Under the pieces are notes generated by a model, which was given only the letters and a program-made list of their open reading frames with translations, did not search any database and was not told the origin of the DNA. Positions 29,083-38,416 of a stretch of 64,000 nt of DNA are shown piece by piece. A program made the position numbers and the translations under genes. Source of the stretch: Thermoplasmata archaeon. GTDB lineage: Archaea; Thermoplasmatota; Thermoplasmata; Halarchaeoplasmatales; Halarchaeoplasmataceae. Positions within the stretch are counted from its first letter, which is position 1; each line of letters starts with the position of its first letter. The DNA is taken from contig PWKY01000095.1 in assembly GCA_003560595.1 (NCBI GenBank), forward strand, positions 6,421 through 70,420, in the 5' to 3' direction.

Positions 29083-30108
29083 TTATATAATTTGTGACCC
29101 CACCATCACATCGGCTACTACGTGGTAGATGTGTGGAGCGTATGATTTTATCCTCCTGATATCCGATATCTTAAAATCATCGATCCCCTTTACAAGTTGT
29201 TTTCTCACCTGTTCCTTTATATCCTTCCCCTTCACGTTGCAGTGGTAATGTATCATACCTTCTCCACCTAAAAACTCCAATGCTTTAGGTACGAACTTCC
29301 AAGTATCGTGTAAGTACCCCATCACCACTCTATCAGCCTTTCTATCGAGGAAAAAATCTCGGTTATCTCCCAGATGAGGGTTAACAACGTGCCCCACATC
29401 GTTCAGTGATATATTATTACAAAGATACCCATATGCTACTGGATTTATCTCTAGTGAATGTATCTCTTCAGCCCTTCCGTAGACTGCCATGGGCAGCGTG
29501 AAGTATCCTATACCGGAGAACATATCCACCACTATCTCATCGTTTTTAACAACAGAAGCCATGTGCCGCCGCTCGTCGATATTGCCGCTAGAGAACATAA
29601 TCTTTGCAGTATCGATATTAAATTTTATTCCATTCTCTAGATGCACAGTTTCAGTCTCTTCTCCATAGATGATCTCAACTTCAGGCTGTCGAGTTACACC
29701 ACCGATAGGACCCTGCAGCAGAACGGTCTTGGCACCCAGCACTTTAGCATACATTTCTGCGATCAACTCTTTTTCATCATCCAACACTTTTGGTAGCTTA
29801 AAAAGAAGAACATCTCCTATCATCTCCCACCTCTTAGGCAGCAGTTCTTCATCCAGATCCAGGCGTTCGGTTATCTTTTCCAAAGGAGTTTTTCTAGGTG
29901 TTCTCTCATCCAGCGATACATTGACCCTTTTTCCACCTTCAATCACCGGTATGAGCAAGTACTCTCCATACACTCTAGGTACCCTTGTTGGATCAAGGAC
30001 ACCGTCCTTCTTTATCCTCTCCATAACTTTCTCGGCTTTCTCCTTTCTTACCTTTACGACAGCACATCCATCCTTGTTCATATCCATTACACCTACCCCT
30101 TTTCCCAC
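29083..30108 (-). CDS. Trm5/Taw2 (Met-10+-like) tRNA-modifying SAM-dependent transferase
   Basis: WEMIGDVLL, HLENGI, MFSSGNIDER, DMFSGIGYF, LEINP, RVVMGY, KSYAP; exact start uncertain (30108/30084). Confidence 0.85.
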   Translation of the reverse strand: MGKGVGVMDMNKDGCAVVKVRKEKAEKVMERIKKDGVLDPTRVPRVYGEYLLIPVIEGGKRVNVSLDERTPRKTPLEKITERLDLDEELLPKRWEMIGDVLLFKLPKVLDDEKELIAEMYAKVLGAKTVLLQGPIGGVTRQPEVEIIYGEETETVHLENGIKFNIDTAKIMFSSGNIDERRHMASVVKNDEIVVDMFSGIGYFTLPMAVYGRAEEIHSLEINPVAYGYLCNNISLNDVGHVVNPHLGDNRDFFLDRKADRVVMGYLHDTWKFVPKALEFLGGEGMIHYHCNVKGKDIKEQVRKQLVKGIDDFKISDIRRIKSYAPHIYHVVADVMVGSQII

Positions 30109-30145
30109 ATAAATATTTTATACCTCGAGTGAACCTTTAAGGTCT

Positions 30146-30931
30146 ATGAAGGTCAAGATACTCGTTCTACTGCTCCTGTTCACACTACTATTTCAAACGG
30201 TCATAGGGAGCACCGTAACTGAGGTATCTGAACCCGGTAAAGCAAACAAGATATTATCTGAGTTCGATACACCGATAATCCAGCCAGGTAACGACGACAC
30301 CATTTCTTTCGTACTCACCAACCCCTATGAGGAAGATATGCAGGACGTCCGACTTACGGTTGAATTGTACGCCTATGCTACACTGGACGACGAAACACCC
30401 ATAGAAGACGTGGATTCTCCCCCGGTATTCGTTCAATCTGGTACTACGTCTTCACCATATACAAAAAACACCTTGACATCTGGCCAGGAGCACCCCCTTC
30501 AATTTAGACTCGAGACAGTCGGGGGTACACCCAAGGGCGTGTATTTTGTACGCTTTCAACTTACTTTTGATTATAACGGTAATGAGAGTATGATGAAATC
30601 AAGAGGTCACTTCACCGATTCGGAATGGGACTATGCAACTACTCGTCCGGGTAACTCCGACCTACCCTATTACTCCGGCAGTATAAACATCACCCATCTC
30701 GAAGTGAACGGCATAATCCCCGATTCAAGCTTCTCGGTGAAAACGCCCATACCTAGATGGCCTCAATATATGCTGGGGGCGGCGGCAGGATTATTCGGGA
30801 TAATGGCTGTGATGCTTTATATGCAGGAGGAGTACAACTCATTCCCCTGGCTAGAAAAGACCCTTAACGAATGGTCCGGCAAATTTAAGCAGCTTAGGCG
30901 CCGTCTTGAGTACCGGCTTCGCAAGCGTTGA
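30146..30931 (+). CDS. Exported protein with Ig-like domain and C-terminal TM anchor
   Basis: Signal peptide, beta-rich IIQPG..F.LTNPY..GVYFVRF, TM segment near the C-terminus. Confidence 0.7.
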   Translation: MKVKILVLLLLFTLLFQTVIGSTVTEVSEPGKANKILSEFDTPIIQPGNDDTISFVLTNPYEEDMQDVRLTVELYAYATLDDETPIEDVDSPPVFVQSGTTSSPYTKNTLTSGQEHPLQFRLETVGGTPKGVYFVRFQLTFDYNGNESMMKSRGHFTDSEWDYATTRPGNSDLPYYSGSINITHLEVNGIIPDSSFSVKTPIPRWPQYMLGAAAGLFGIMAVMLYMQEEYNSFPWLEKTLNEWSGKFKQLRRRLEYRLRKR

Positions 30932-31996
30932 TGGAAAATCTATATCCCCCTTTTCTTCCAGCACCTTTCTAACTTTAGGAGTGTTTAAAGTACTGATCAG
31001 ATCGTTCAACTGCTGGTCGGTAAGTGTTTTAAATATCTTTCTCATCCATAATCCCTTTGAGATCTCGCTGCCTATCTCCGCCTGCCATGCTTTATGATAC
31101 GTTTTTAAAAATTCACTGGAGGTATCGTCTTGTTCCAAGGACTCTATGATGGTCTGGGCACATATATCCGCGGCGATCAAGCCTGTGTATAATCCTCCTC
31201 CGGAGAGGGGTTTTACTTGGCACGCAGCATCGCCTACTAACATCAATCCATCATCAACAGTGCGTTTCAAACGACCCAGGGGTATAGTACCGGCATAATA
31301 GCTGATTATCTTACTATCCCACCCCAACTTTTTAAGTAATTTATCCAGATGCCTGAAGCCCTCACCATCATCTGAAGCTAGGCCGACAAGAGTACCTTCC
31401 GGGTGAGGCATATGCCATGCAAAAAACCCAGGAGCTATATCCTCTCCCAGATATATGTGTATCTCTTCGGTTTCATATCCGATCAGTGCTTGTAAACCGG
31501 CCATAATATATGCCGGCCCGTCAAAACCAGTCTTCCGTCGGATCACGGAATTAGGCCCGTCTGCACCTACGATCACCTTTCCACTGATCTCTCGTTCGTT
31601 TCCTTGGTTTTTGAAGGAAATTACCCGTCCTATATCATCCTTGTATGATGCTGTAACTCGGCATCCGAGTTTTATCTTCACTCCCCTTTTCACAGCCTTT
31701 TCCGCCATCTCTCTATCGAATTTTTTCCTATCTAGTATGTAGGCCCGGTGTTCCTCAGCATTCAGTACAAGTGGCTCTCCATCAGGGGGATGTATCGCAG
31801 CTTTCTTAGCACCCTTTATCCAACTTTTAGTCCCTGTCATCTCTACTACTCTAGGGCTAACCAACCCGGCACACTGCATAGGTGTGCCTATGATATTGTG
31901 TTCTTCCAGAACCACGGTATCGTATCCAGCTTTAGCACTCTGTTGGGCGACCCTCATACCGATGGGGCCGCCTCCGACTATAACTACATCGTACAA
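30851..31996 (-). CDS. Geranylgeranyl reductase family (DGGGPL reductase-like)
   Basis: VGGGPIG, PMQCAG, GADG, FFAW, LVGDAACQVKPLSGGG; TTG start. Confidence 0.88.
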   Translation of the reverse strand: MYDVVIVGGGPIGMRVAQQSAKAGYDTVVLEEHNIIGTPMQCAGLVSPRVVEMTGTKSWIKGAKKAAIHPPDGEPLVLNAEEHRAYILDRKKFDREMAEKAVKRGVKIKLGCRVTASYKDDIGRVISFKNQGNEREISGKVIVGADGPNSVIRRKTGFDGPAYIMAGLQALIGYETEEIHIYLGEDIAPGFFAWHMPHPEGTLVGLASDDGEGFRHLDKLLKKLGWDSKIISYYAGTIPLGRLKRTVDDGLMLVGDAACQVKPLSGGGLYTGLIAADICAQTIIESLEQDDTSSEFLKTYHKAWQAEIGSEISKGLWMRKIFKTLTDQQLNDLISTLNTPKVRKVLEEKGDIDFPSTLAKPVLKTAPKLLKFAGPFVKGLF

Positions 31997-32172
31997 GTTA
32001 TCGACTTCCGAAAGTTCACCTCTTTTTTAAGGTTATCCCACTCTGATAATTGTATTACCAATCAAGAGTGGTGCATCCTATCGACCTATTTTCTCTCTTC
32101 GAAGGTTTTATTAACCACAGTCTGTTTTTGGTTTATAAACTATTTAAAGTAATCTAAAATGAAGTGATAGTT

Positions 32173-32721
32173 ATGAACGGTCTAAAGATAGAGAATGTTG
32201 TTGCATCATCGTCCATGGAGCGGAAAATAGATCTAGAGGAGGCATCAAGGGTGCTCGATGGCTCGGAATATGATCCAGACAAATTTCCAGGCCTGGTCTT
32301 CAGGGTAAAAAAACCTAAGACCGCCATATTACTATTCACCAGCGGTAAGGTAGTATGCACCGGTGGGAAAACAACAGAGGACGCTAGAGTCAGTGTAAAT
32401 AAGGTCAAGGACCTGTTGAATGAGAACGGCATAGAGATAACAAACGAGATCGAAGTTACCGTTCAGAACATAGTGGCATCCTACGGTTTGGGTGTGGATT
32501 TAAACCTCAATTCCGTTGCGTTGACTCTTGGTCTTGAGAGGGTGGAGTATGAACCGGAACAGTTTCCAGGATTGGTTTATAGATTGAAGGAATCAGACGT
32601 AGTTTTACTGTTGTTCGGTTCTGGTAATATGGTGTGCACTGGTGCGAAGGACATCAGCGACTTGGAAGATGCTGTCGATCACATAAAGGGTGAACTAAGA
32701 GGGGCGGGATTGATCCATTAA
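32173..32721 (+). CDS. tbp: TATA-box binding protein
   Basis: Two repeats: IENVVAS..YDPDKFPGLVFR..LLFTSGK and VQNIVAS..YEPEQFPGLVYR..LLFGSG. Confidence 0.97.
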   Translation: MNGLKIENVVASSSMERKIDLEEASRVLDGSEYDPDKFPGLVFRVKKPKTAILLFTSGKVVCTGGKTTEDARVSVNKVKDLLNENGIEITNEIEVTVQNIVASYGLGVDLNLNSVALTLGLERVEYEPEQFPGLVYRLKESDVVLLLFGSGNMVCTGAKDISDLEDAVDHIKGELRGAGLIH

Positions 32722-33565
32722 ATCCGAATTACCCATTTTTGATAATCACATCCACCTCCAACTTCGCGGTGGATCCGTCGACTCGGTGAAAAAATATCAA
32801 AGGGCAGGAGGTACACATCTAGTCCTTTCTCATCTACCTTATTATGATCTTCGCAACTGGGATTCCCACGGCTACCAACCCATATATAAGCGGACCCTCC
32901 AGATGGCGGAGTCCGCGAGGAAAGAAACCGATATAAAAGTGTACGTCACCCTGGGCCCTTATCCTGTGGACCTGTTAACACTCCAAGAGCGTGTGGGACT
33001 TTCAAAGGCAGAATCTATACTTATGCAGGGTATGCAGCTTGCCGCTGAGCATGTGGGAGACGGAAAGGCAGTGGCTTTGGGAGAGATAGGACGTCCTCAT
33101 TTTGAAGTGTCGGAAGAGGTGATGGATGCGTCTAATCGTATAATGAAGCATGGTATGGAGCTTGCCGCCGATTTAGGATGTCCAGTTGTCTTACATACCG
33201 AGAGCACGAGTCCCACGGTATGTGAAAAGATAGCTATCATGGCAGATAGTGTGGGGCTACCTAGAGATAAAGTGGTCAAACACTACAGTCCTCCGCTGAT
33301 AGATGAGGAGGAGAATCACGGACTTTTTCCATCTGTACTAGCCGGTAAAAAGAACCTTAAAACTGCTTTAAAGAAGGGGGATAGATTCGTCATGGAAACC
33401 GATTTTTTGGACGATCCAAAACGCCCTGGTGCGGTTCTAGGGATAAAAACGGTGCCCAAGAGAACTATCAAACTGTACGAAGCCGAGCTGCTGACCGAAA
33501 AGAACTGGATACGCATCCACAAAGAAAATCCAAGTAAGATATATGATATCGACGTAGAACTCTAA
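32717..33565 (+). CDS. TatD-related metal-dependent hydrolase (MJ0761-like); probable ATT start
   Basis: In-frame LPIFDNHIH upstream of the GTG at 32786; GEIGRPHF, LHTE, VVKH, METDFLDDPKRPG. Confidence 0.85.
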   Translation: MKSELPIFDNHIHLQLRGGSVDSVKKYQRAGGTHLVLSHLPYYDLRNWDSHGYQPIYKRTLQMAESARKETDIKVYVTLGPYPVDLLTLQERVGLSKAESILMQGMQLAAEHVGDGKAVALGEIGRPHFEVSEEVMDASNRIMKHGMELAADLGCPVVLHTESTSPTVCEKIAIMADSVGLPRDKVVKHYSPPLIDEEENHGLFPSVLAGKKNLKTALKKGDRFVMETDFLDDPKRPGAVLGIKTVPKRTIKLYEAELLTEKNWIRIHKENPSKIYDIDVEL

Positions 33566-34119
33566 ATATCTTTATCCCATATCGACATCAGCCGCTCTCT
33601 ATAATGTGCCAATATTCTGCCCCCTCCGTTTTTTATCCTTACCTTCACATCCCCCTCGTTACGCATGTATATTCCGGTTTCCAAAAAGTTAACTCCCACC
33701 ACCACCAGTATAAAAACGATGATGGCGTGGGGTACCAAGGAGGGATCCATCTGATATACATGGGTACTGAAGGGATAGTATAGATAGACTCTATCCGCAG
33801 GAAAGAACGTGTCCATCAGTAGATGACTGAAGCTCACTATCACGACGACCATAGATATACGAGTCCATATGCTGGTCCTCTTTTTCCTTTCGTAAAGATA
33901 TGAGGCCAACAGGATAAGTATGGGGATGTAAACCAACACTATCGCGGTATGGAATATCCTCATACTCAAAAGACCCTCACGAAACAGTATGGCATCGAAG
34001 TCGATCAACCCGTTGACCACTACCGCTATAGCTACAACTACCATCACCCTGTTTTTTACGTGAAGACCGATCCCCAGCCCTATAAGTATGGATACCAGTA
34101 CGTGATATACTGGATGCAT
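33562..34119 (-). CDS. Membrane-bound metal-dependent hydrolase-like protein (YdjM-type)
   Basis: N-terminal H, DFD, HT, SHLLMD, YLYYPFS motifs among TM segments. Confidence 0.6.
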   Translation of the reverse strand: MHPVYHVLVSILIGLGIGLHVKNRVMVVVAIAVVVNGLIDFDAILFREGLLSMRIFHTAIVLVYIPILILLASYLYERKKRTSIWTRISMVVVIVSFSHLLMDTFFPADRVYLYYPFSTHVYQMDPSLVPHAIIVFILVVVGVNFLETGIYMRNEGDVKVRIKNGGGRILAHYRERLMSIWDKDI

Positions 34120-34207
34120 AGAAGATTAAATCGACAACGAGCTAAATAAATTTATGGCTCTTTAGCAAAAACAAAAGATTAATTAATCTATCACCTGATT
34201 TCTAACC

Positions 34208-34954
34208 ATGATATCCAGATCAGAAATCACCGAGTTCATGGATGATCTCCTGTCCATCGATGATATAATGGATGATACGGTGAACGGTATCCAGGTAGAT
34301 GCACCGGGTAAACCGGAAAAGGTCGCCTTTGCGGTGGATGCACGTCGAGACGTGATCAAAAGAGCGGTCGATCACGAGTTACTAGTGGTACATCACGGTT
34401 TATTTTGGGGGGATATAGACCGGCTAAGAGGGAGAGCATACGAACTAGTATCCATGCTGATAAAGAACGATGTTGCACTGTACACAGCACACCTACCTCT
34501 AGACATACACCCGGAGATAGGGAACAACGTACTACTGGCAGAGTCCATCGGTGCGGCCCCTACAGACACGTTCATGGAGTATAGGGGGACCGAGGTATCT
34601 CTTATGGCCGCATTCAATGAACCAACGTCGGTAGATGAGATTTCCAACAGGCTTGGAGATGTTACAGGAGAAGAGCCCTTCGCTTATCTGCCCGATAGGT
34701 TGGTAAAAAAAGCTGCGATAATGACTGGGAAAGGTGGAATGGCCCTCACCAAAGCTAACGAGTTGGACGCCGATGTGTTCATAACCGGAGAAAAAACGTA
34801 CATGACCTACAACCAAGCGGTGGACATGGAGATGCCGGTAATATTCGGCGGCCACCATGCCACTGAAACTTTGGGCATCAAGGAGCTGATGAAAGTGGTA
34901 GGGTCCGAATTCGACTGTATCACCGAATTCATAAGCGCCCCTTCACCGATATGA
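34208..34954 (+). CDS. Nif3/YbgI-like dinuclear metal centre protein
   Basis: NGIQV, VHHGLFW, AHLPLDIHPEIGNN, GHHATE. Confidence 0.92.
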   Translation: MISRSEITEFMDDLLSIDDIMDDTVNGIQVDAPGKPEKVAFAVDARRDVIKRAVDHELLVVHHGLFWGDIDRLRGRAYELVSMLIKNDVALYTAHLPLDIHPEIGNNVLLAESIGAAPTDTFMEYRGTEVSLMAAFNEPTSVDEISNRLGDVTGEEPFAYLPDRLVKKAAIMTGKGGMALTKANELDADVFITGEKTYMTYNQAVDMEMPVIFGGHHATETLGIKELMKVVGSEFDCITEFISAPSPI

Positions 34955-35770
34955 TCAGTCCTGTGATACTACGGTAGCTAGCATGGTGCAGGCACGGAAA
35001 AGCTTGTAGTTAGCCTCGTAATCGCCGGTATCGATGACGAACTCTTTAGCCCCTGATCGTTCGACTTCGGGCAGCAGTTCCAGATTGTCGAGTTTACCAG
35101 CGTCCTTAAAGAACATCCTGAAAGTGGTATCGTCGGCTTTCAATACTATCCCCTCGTGATTTAGTGATCTTTCAACTGTCTCTTTTATCTCCCTTTTAAC
35201 TACCTCTGGATGCCGGCATCTAGCACTGTATCTACCCGTAGGTACCTTAGTCACAACGTGTGGTATGTCCGGATAGAGCTCCTTAGCCTCTTTCACCGCT
35301 TCCTGGTCACCGGATATGAAGAATACGGGAACGTCGTACTCACCGGCCAGGAACGAATTCATGGCGAACTCACCTACCATCCTGTCGCCGATCATCAACT
35401 TATCCACTACACCTCCCGAATAGGTGTGTGCAAGAGTTCCTAAACTGTGGGCGGAGCTGTGATACCCGATGTATCCCACCTTGTCTATACCCTGATCCAG
35501 CCCCTCCATCTGGGACAGTATCTTCGGCCTCCCGTAGAACAGCTCTACCCTCTCGTCGAGCTCCTCTATCTTTATGTTGCGCATCTTACCGTGACCATCG
35601 GTGATAAAAACCTTGCTCGCACCTGCATCGTAGGAACCGACAGCGGCGGCGTTGGCCTCAGCGGTCATCCTCATCCTTGCATCATCATATTCCTTGGAAT
35701 CCATGGCACAGTGTTTGACCGAGACCACGCCGGAGATCCCCTCTATATCTACTGAGAAAAGCACCTTCAT
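34955..35770 (-). CDS. dppA: M55 family D-aminopeptidase (DppA-like)
   Basis: SVDIEG, TDGHG, GYHS, AHT, GEFAMN, SGDQ. Confidence 0.9.
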   Translation of the reverse strand: MKVLFSVDIEGISGVVSVKHCAMDSKEYDDARMRMTAEANAAAVGSYDAGASKVFITDGHGKMRNIKIEELDERVELFYGRPKILSQMEGLDQGIDKVGYIGYHSSAHSLGTLAHTYSGGVVDKLMIGDRMVGEFAMNSFLAGEYDVPVFFISGDQEAVKEAKELYPDIPHVVTKVPTGRYSARCRHPEVVKREIKETVERSLNHEGIVLKADDTTFRMFFKDAGKLDNLELLPEVERSGAKEFVIDTGDYEANYKLFRACTMLATVVSQD

Positions 35771-35882
35771 CTTTCTTCACCTAAACTGTAATGATAAGCG
35801 GCCGATTTATGTTTTAGGGTGTCCGATAGATTTGTGATCTACATCAAAAGATTATTAAGTGCGTGAGGGATATTCCTTACCT

Positions 35883-36317
35883 ATGCCAATCGCTAACTTC
35901 GAGTTGAAATCAATAGACGCAGAGAGGTTTACAGAGAAAGGCGCCACCAGGAAGAACATACGAGTGGACCATAACAGTTCAGTCACCCGGATGACCCAGG
36001 TAGACAAAAACAACTGTATCATAGGATTTAGATTCACTGCCAATTACAAGGGCATGGGAAGGATAGAGATCGAGGGCCAGCTCACATACCGCGGTGATAT
36101 ACCCGATCTGGCTGCCCATTGGAACAAGGAAAATCAGATGCCCTCCAAGATAGCTAACGAGGTGCATTCAACAGTGATCTCAAACTGTATACCTGAAGCG
36201 GTATTCATAGCTAGAGATCTTCAGCTACCCCCACCGATACCGCTTCCTAAGGTGAACATACCTGATAAGAAGAACCAGAAGAAGAAAAAGAGGAAAGGGG
36301 GAATGGAAGTAGCGTGA
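35883..36317 (+). CDS. Conserved archaeal protein, possibly SecB-like fold
   Basis: Beta-rich core, then helix and LPPPIPLP motif resembling the SecB C-terminal Pro-rich segment; ATG 35883. Confidence 0.5.
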   Translation: MPIANFELKSIDAERFTEKGATRKNIRVDHNSSVTRMTQVDKNNCIIGFRFTANYKGMGRIEIEGQLTYRGDIPDLAAHWNKENQMPSKIANEVHSTVISNCIPEAVFIARDLQLPPPIPLPKVNIPDKKNQKKKKRKGGMEVA

Positions 36318-36323
36318 ACTTAG

Positions 36324-36890
36324 ATGGTACACAGAGAAGGGATATTGGTCTCCACGGACGGCTGGGTAAATACCGCCGCCATGGGAGCAGATATAGATGA
36401 AGACCTGATACGGTTTAGAATATTCCGCCCCTCGGATACTGCGTGGAATCTAAAGAAGAACAAGGAATTCACCTTCTCACTCACAGATGACCCCATGCTC
36501 TTTTACAAGGCTGCATTGACAGGTCACGACACACAGCAACCCGAGCTTCTAGAGGATGAACTTGTAGAGGAAGACGGCTTCTATTATCCAAAAAAGGCTA
36601 CCCGTGTATTTTTTTGTAGAGTCATATCTACAAAGGACATCTCGATAAAAGATGCCTTCGGATCTGCAGATCTATTAACCGTGGAAGCGAGCATAGTCCG
36701 GGATACCGGAGAGGCCGACTTTATAGGTAGAGAAAACCACCTTGTCGATATCATGGTGCATCTGACTCGATACATCATATCTAACGAAGATAAGAAAGAA
36801 GCCATCAAGATGTATGTTGAAAGTATCCTGGAAGATGACGACTCACCCACTGCTAAAAAGCTGATCCAATGGATGGAGGAGCAGGGATGA
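36324..36890 (+). CDS. DUF447-like protein
   Basis: EGILVST..NTAAMG, SDTAWNL, DPMLFY pattern. Confidence 0.6.
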   Translation: MVHREGILVSTDGWVNTAAMGADIDEDLIRFRIFRPSDTAWNLKKNKEFTFSLTDDPMLFYKAALTGHDTQQPELLEDELVEEDGFYYPKKATRVFFCRVISTKDISIKDAFGSADLLTVEASIVRDTGEADFIGRENHLVDIMVHLTRYIISNEDKKEAIKMYVESILEDDDSPTAKKLIQWMEEQG

Positions 36891-37537
36891 AGTTCGATCT
36901 GCACGTACATTCAGAGCATTCACAGGATTCGAGATCATCTGTAAAAGATATATTAAAGATGGCCAAAAAACGCAGCCTACATGGTTTAGCATTTTTAGAT
37001 CACAATACAATGGACGCATACTGGCAGGCGGAAGGTTCGGATCTTATTATCGTGCCCGGAGTTGAAGTAAGCACACCCCAGGGCCACGTGGGTGCACTGG
37101 GTGTTGAAGAGAGCATACGAAAGCAGCCTGACGTAAAGACGGCAGTCGAACGTATATACGACATGGGTGGGACCCCGATCGCACTGCATCCTTACCGTTT
37201 TTGGTCGGGAATAGGTGAGGAGGAAGTCAGAGCTCATAGATGGGGTGCGGTGGAAGGAATGAACGCTAGAACCTCTTCTAGAGATAATTTAAGAGCACAG
37301 CGTCTGGCGAAACAAATAGACTTGCCGATCATCGGTGGTAGCGATGCACATAATTTAGAGCAAGTGGGGATGGGTTACACCATCGTTAAAAAAGTAAATT
37401 CTTGGCAGGGACTTTTAGAAGAGATCAGATGCGGCAGAACTGAAGTGGGTGGGATCCACCGCTCTAAATCAGATACATTTCGATACGTAAAAAAAGCGGT
37501 ATCTGAGTGGATGAGTCGAGGCTTCAGTCGGATGTGA
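36887..37537 (+). CDS. PHP domain phosphoesterase
   Basis: DLHVHS..S.D, DHN, PGVEVST, HPY, GGSDAH. Confidence 0.9.
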   Translation: MKFDLHVHSEHSQDSRSSVKDILKMAKKRSLHGLAFLDHNTMDAYWQAEGSDLIIVPGVEVSTPQGHVGALGVEESIRKQPDVKTAVERIYDMGGTPIALHPYRFWSGIGEEEVRAHRWGAVEGMNARTSSRDNLRAQRLAKQIDLPIIGGSDAHNLEQVGMGYTIVKKVNSWQGLLEEIRCGRTEVGGIHRSKSDTFRYVKKAVSEWMSRGFSRM

Positions 37538-38372
37538 CACTTGTTCGGTAATATTCCATGATATACAGTAACAAAGCACCGATTGCCGCAGGTATCACTA
37601 TATGGGATAAAGAGGGTTCGTTTAACATCGCTGTTTCTAAAGGCACTCGAAGACCGCCAAACATCAAGCCGAGCAGGAATGCCATCGTCATGGAGGTGGA
37701 GCGGTCGAGCAAGTATTCAAGTAGCTTAGCGAAGCCGAACAACCCCACCAATCCGCCGGATATGAATATGATTATGTTGAATGTATCTAGCGTGTTGAGG
37801 GCGTGGAGCATGTAATGATACTCACCGAGTAAAACCAGCACCAGTGAGCCGGATATTCCAGGTAATATCATGGATGCTACTGCAAAAACACCGGCTAAGA
37901 ATATGGAAATAGGGTTATGGGAACCAGTCATACCGTTACCACCAACAACCACGAAGGCCACCAAGGAACCGATCACTCCTGAAAGAACCTCCCGTGCACC
38001 GATGGGGTCTATATAACGGTAGACCACGATGAGGGATGCCAGTATCAGTCCTATGAAGAAGGAGTAACTTGCAGTGGAGTAGGTTTCAAGTAAAAACTCC
38101 ATGATCCTTGCCAATAGGAGGGTGGCTATGATCACACCTATACCTAATGGTACTAGGAATCTGAAGTCGATGTTGTTCCAATCTTCTTTAACATCTTCTC
38201 CTCTGATGAATTGGATAGGTAGTGTAAGCGGAAGGGTATTTATTGAATGTATCAACCGTCTGTAGATGCCGAGTATCAGAGCCATCGTACCTCCAGACAC
38301 ACCGGGTACTACGTTCGCTAGACCTATGGCTGTACCCTGCAGGGTCCGTTTTATAAAACTTATCTCTTTCAT
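37524..38372 (-). CDS. DUF368 family membrane protein (polyprenyl-phosphate translocase family)
   Basis: GLANVVPGVSGGTMALILGIY and MILPGISGS repeats, FLLGLMFG; ATG 38372. Confidence 0.9.
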   Translation of the reverse strand: MKEISFIKRTLQGTAIGLANVVPGVSGGTMALILGIYRRLIHSINTLPLTLPIQFIRGEDVKEDWNNIDFRFLVPLGIGVIIATLLLARIMEFLLETYSTASYSFFIGLILASLIVVYRYIDPIGAREVLSGVIGSLVAFVVVGGNGMTGSHNPISIFLAGVFAVASMILPGISGSLVLVLLGEYHYMLHALNTLDTFNIIIFISGGLVGLFGFAKLLEYLLDRSTSMTMAFLLGLMFGGLRVPLETAMLNEPSLSHIVIPAAIGALLLYIMEYYRTSVTSD

Positions 38373-38416
38373 ACCGCTATCACCCTGAAAGTAGCTTGTA
38401 GTTATATTGTTTTCCT

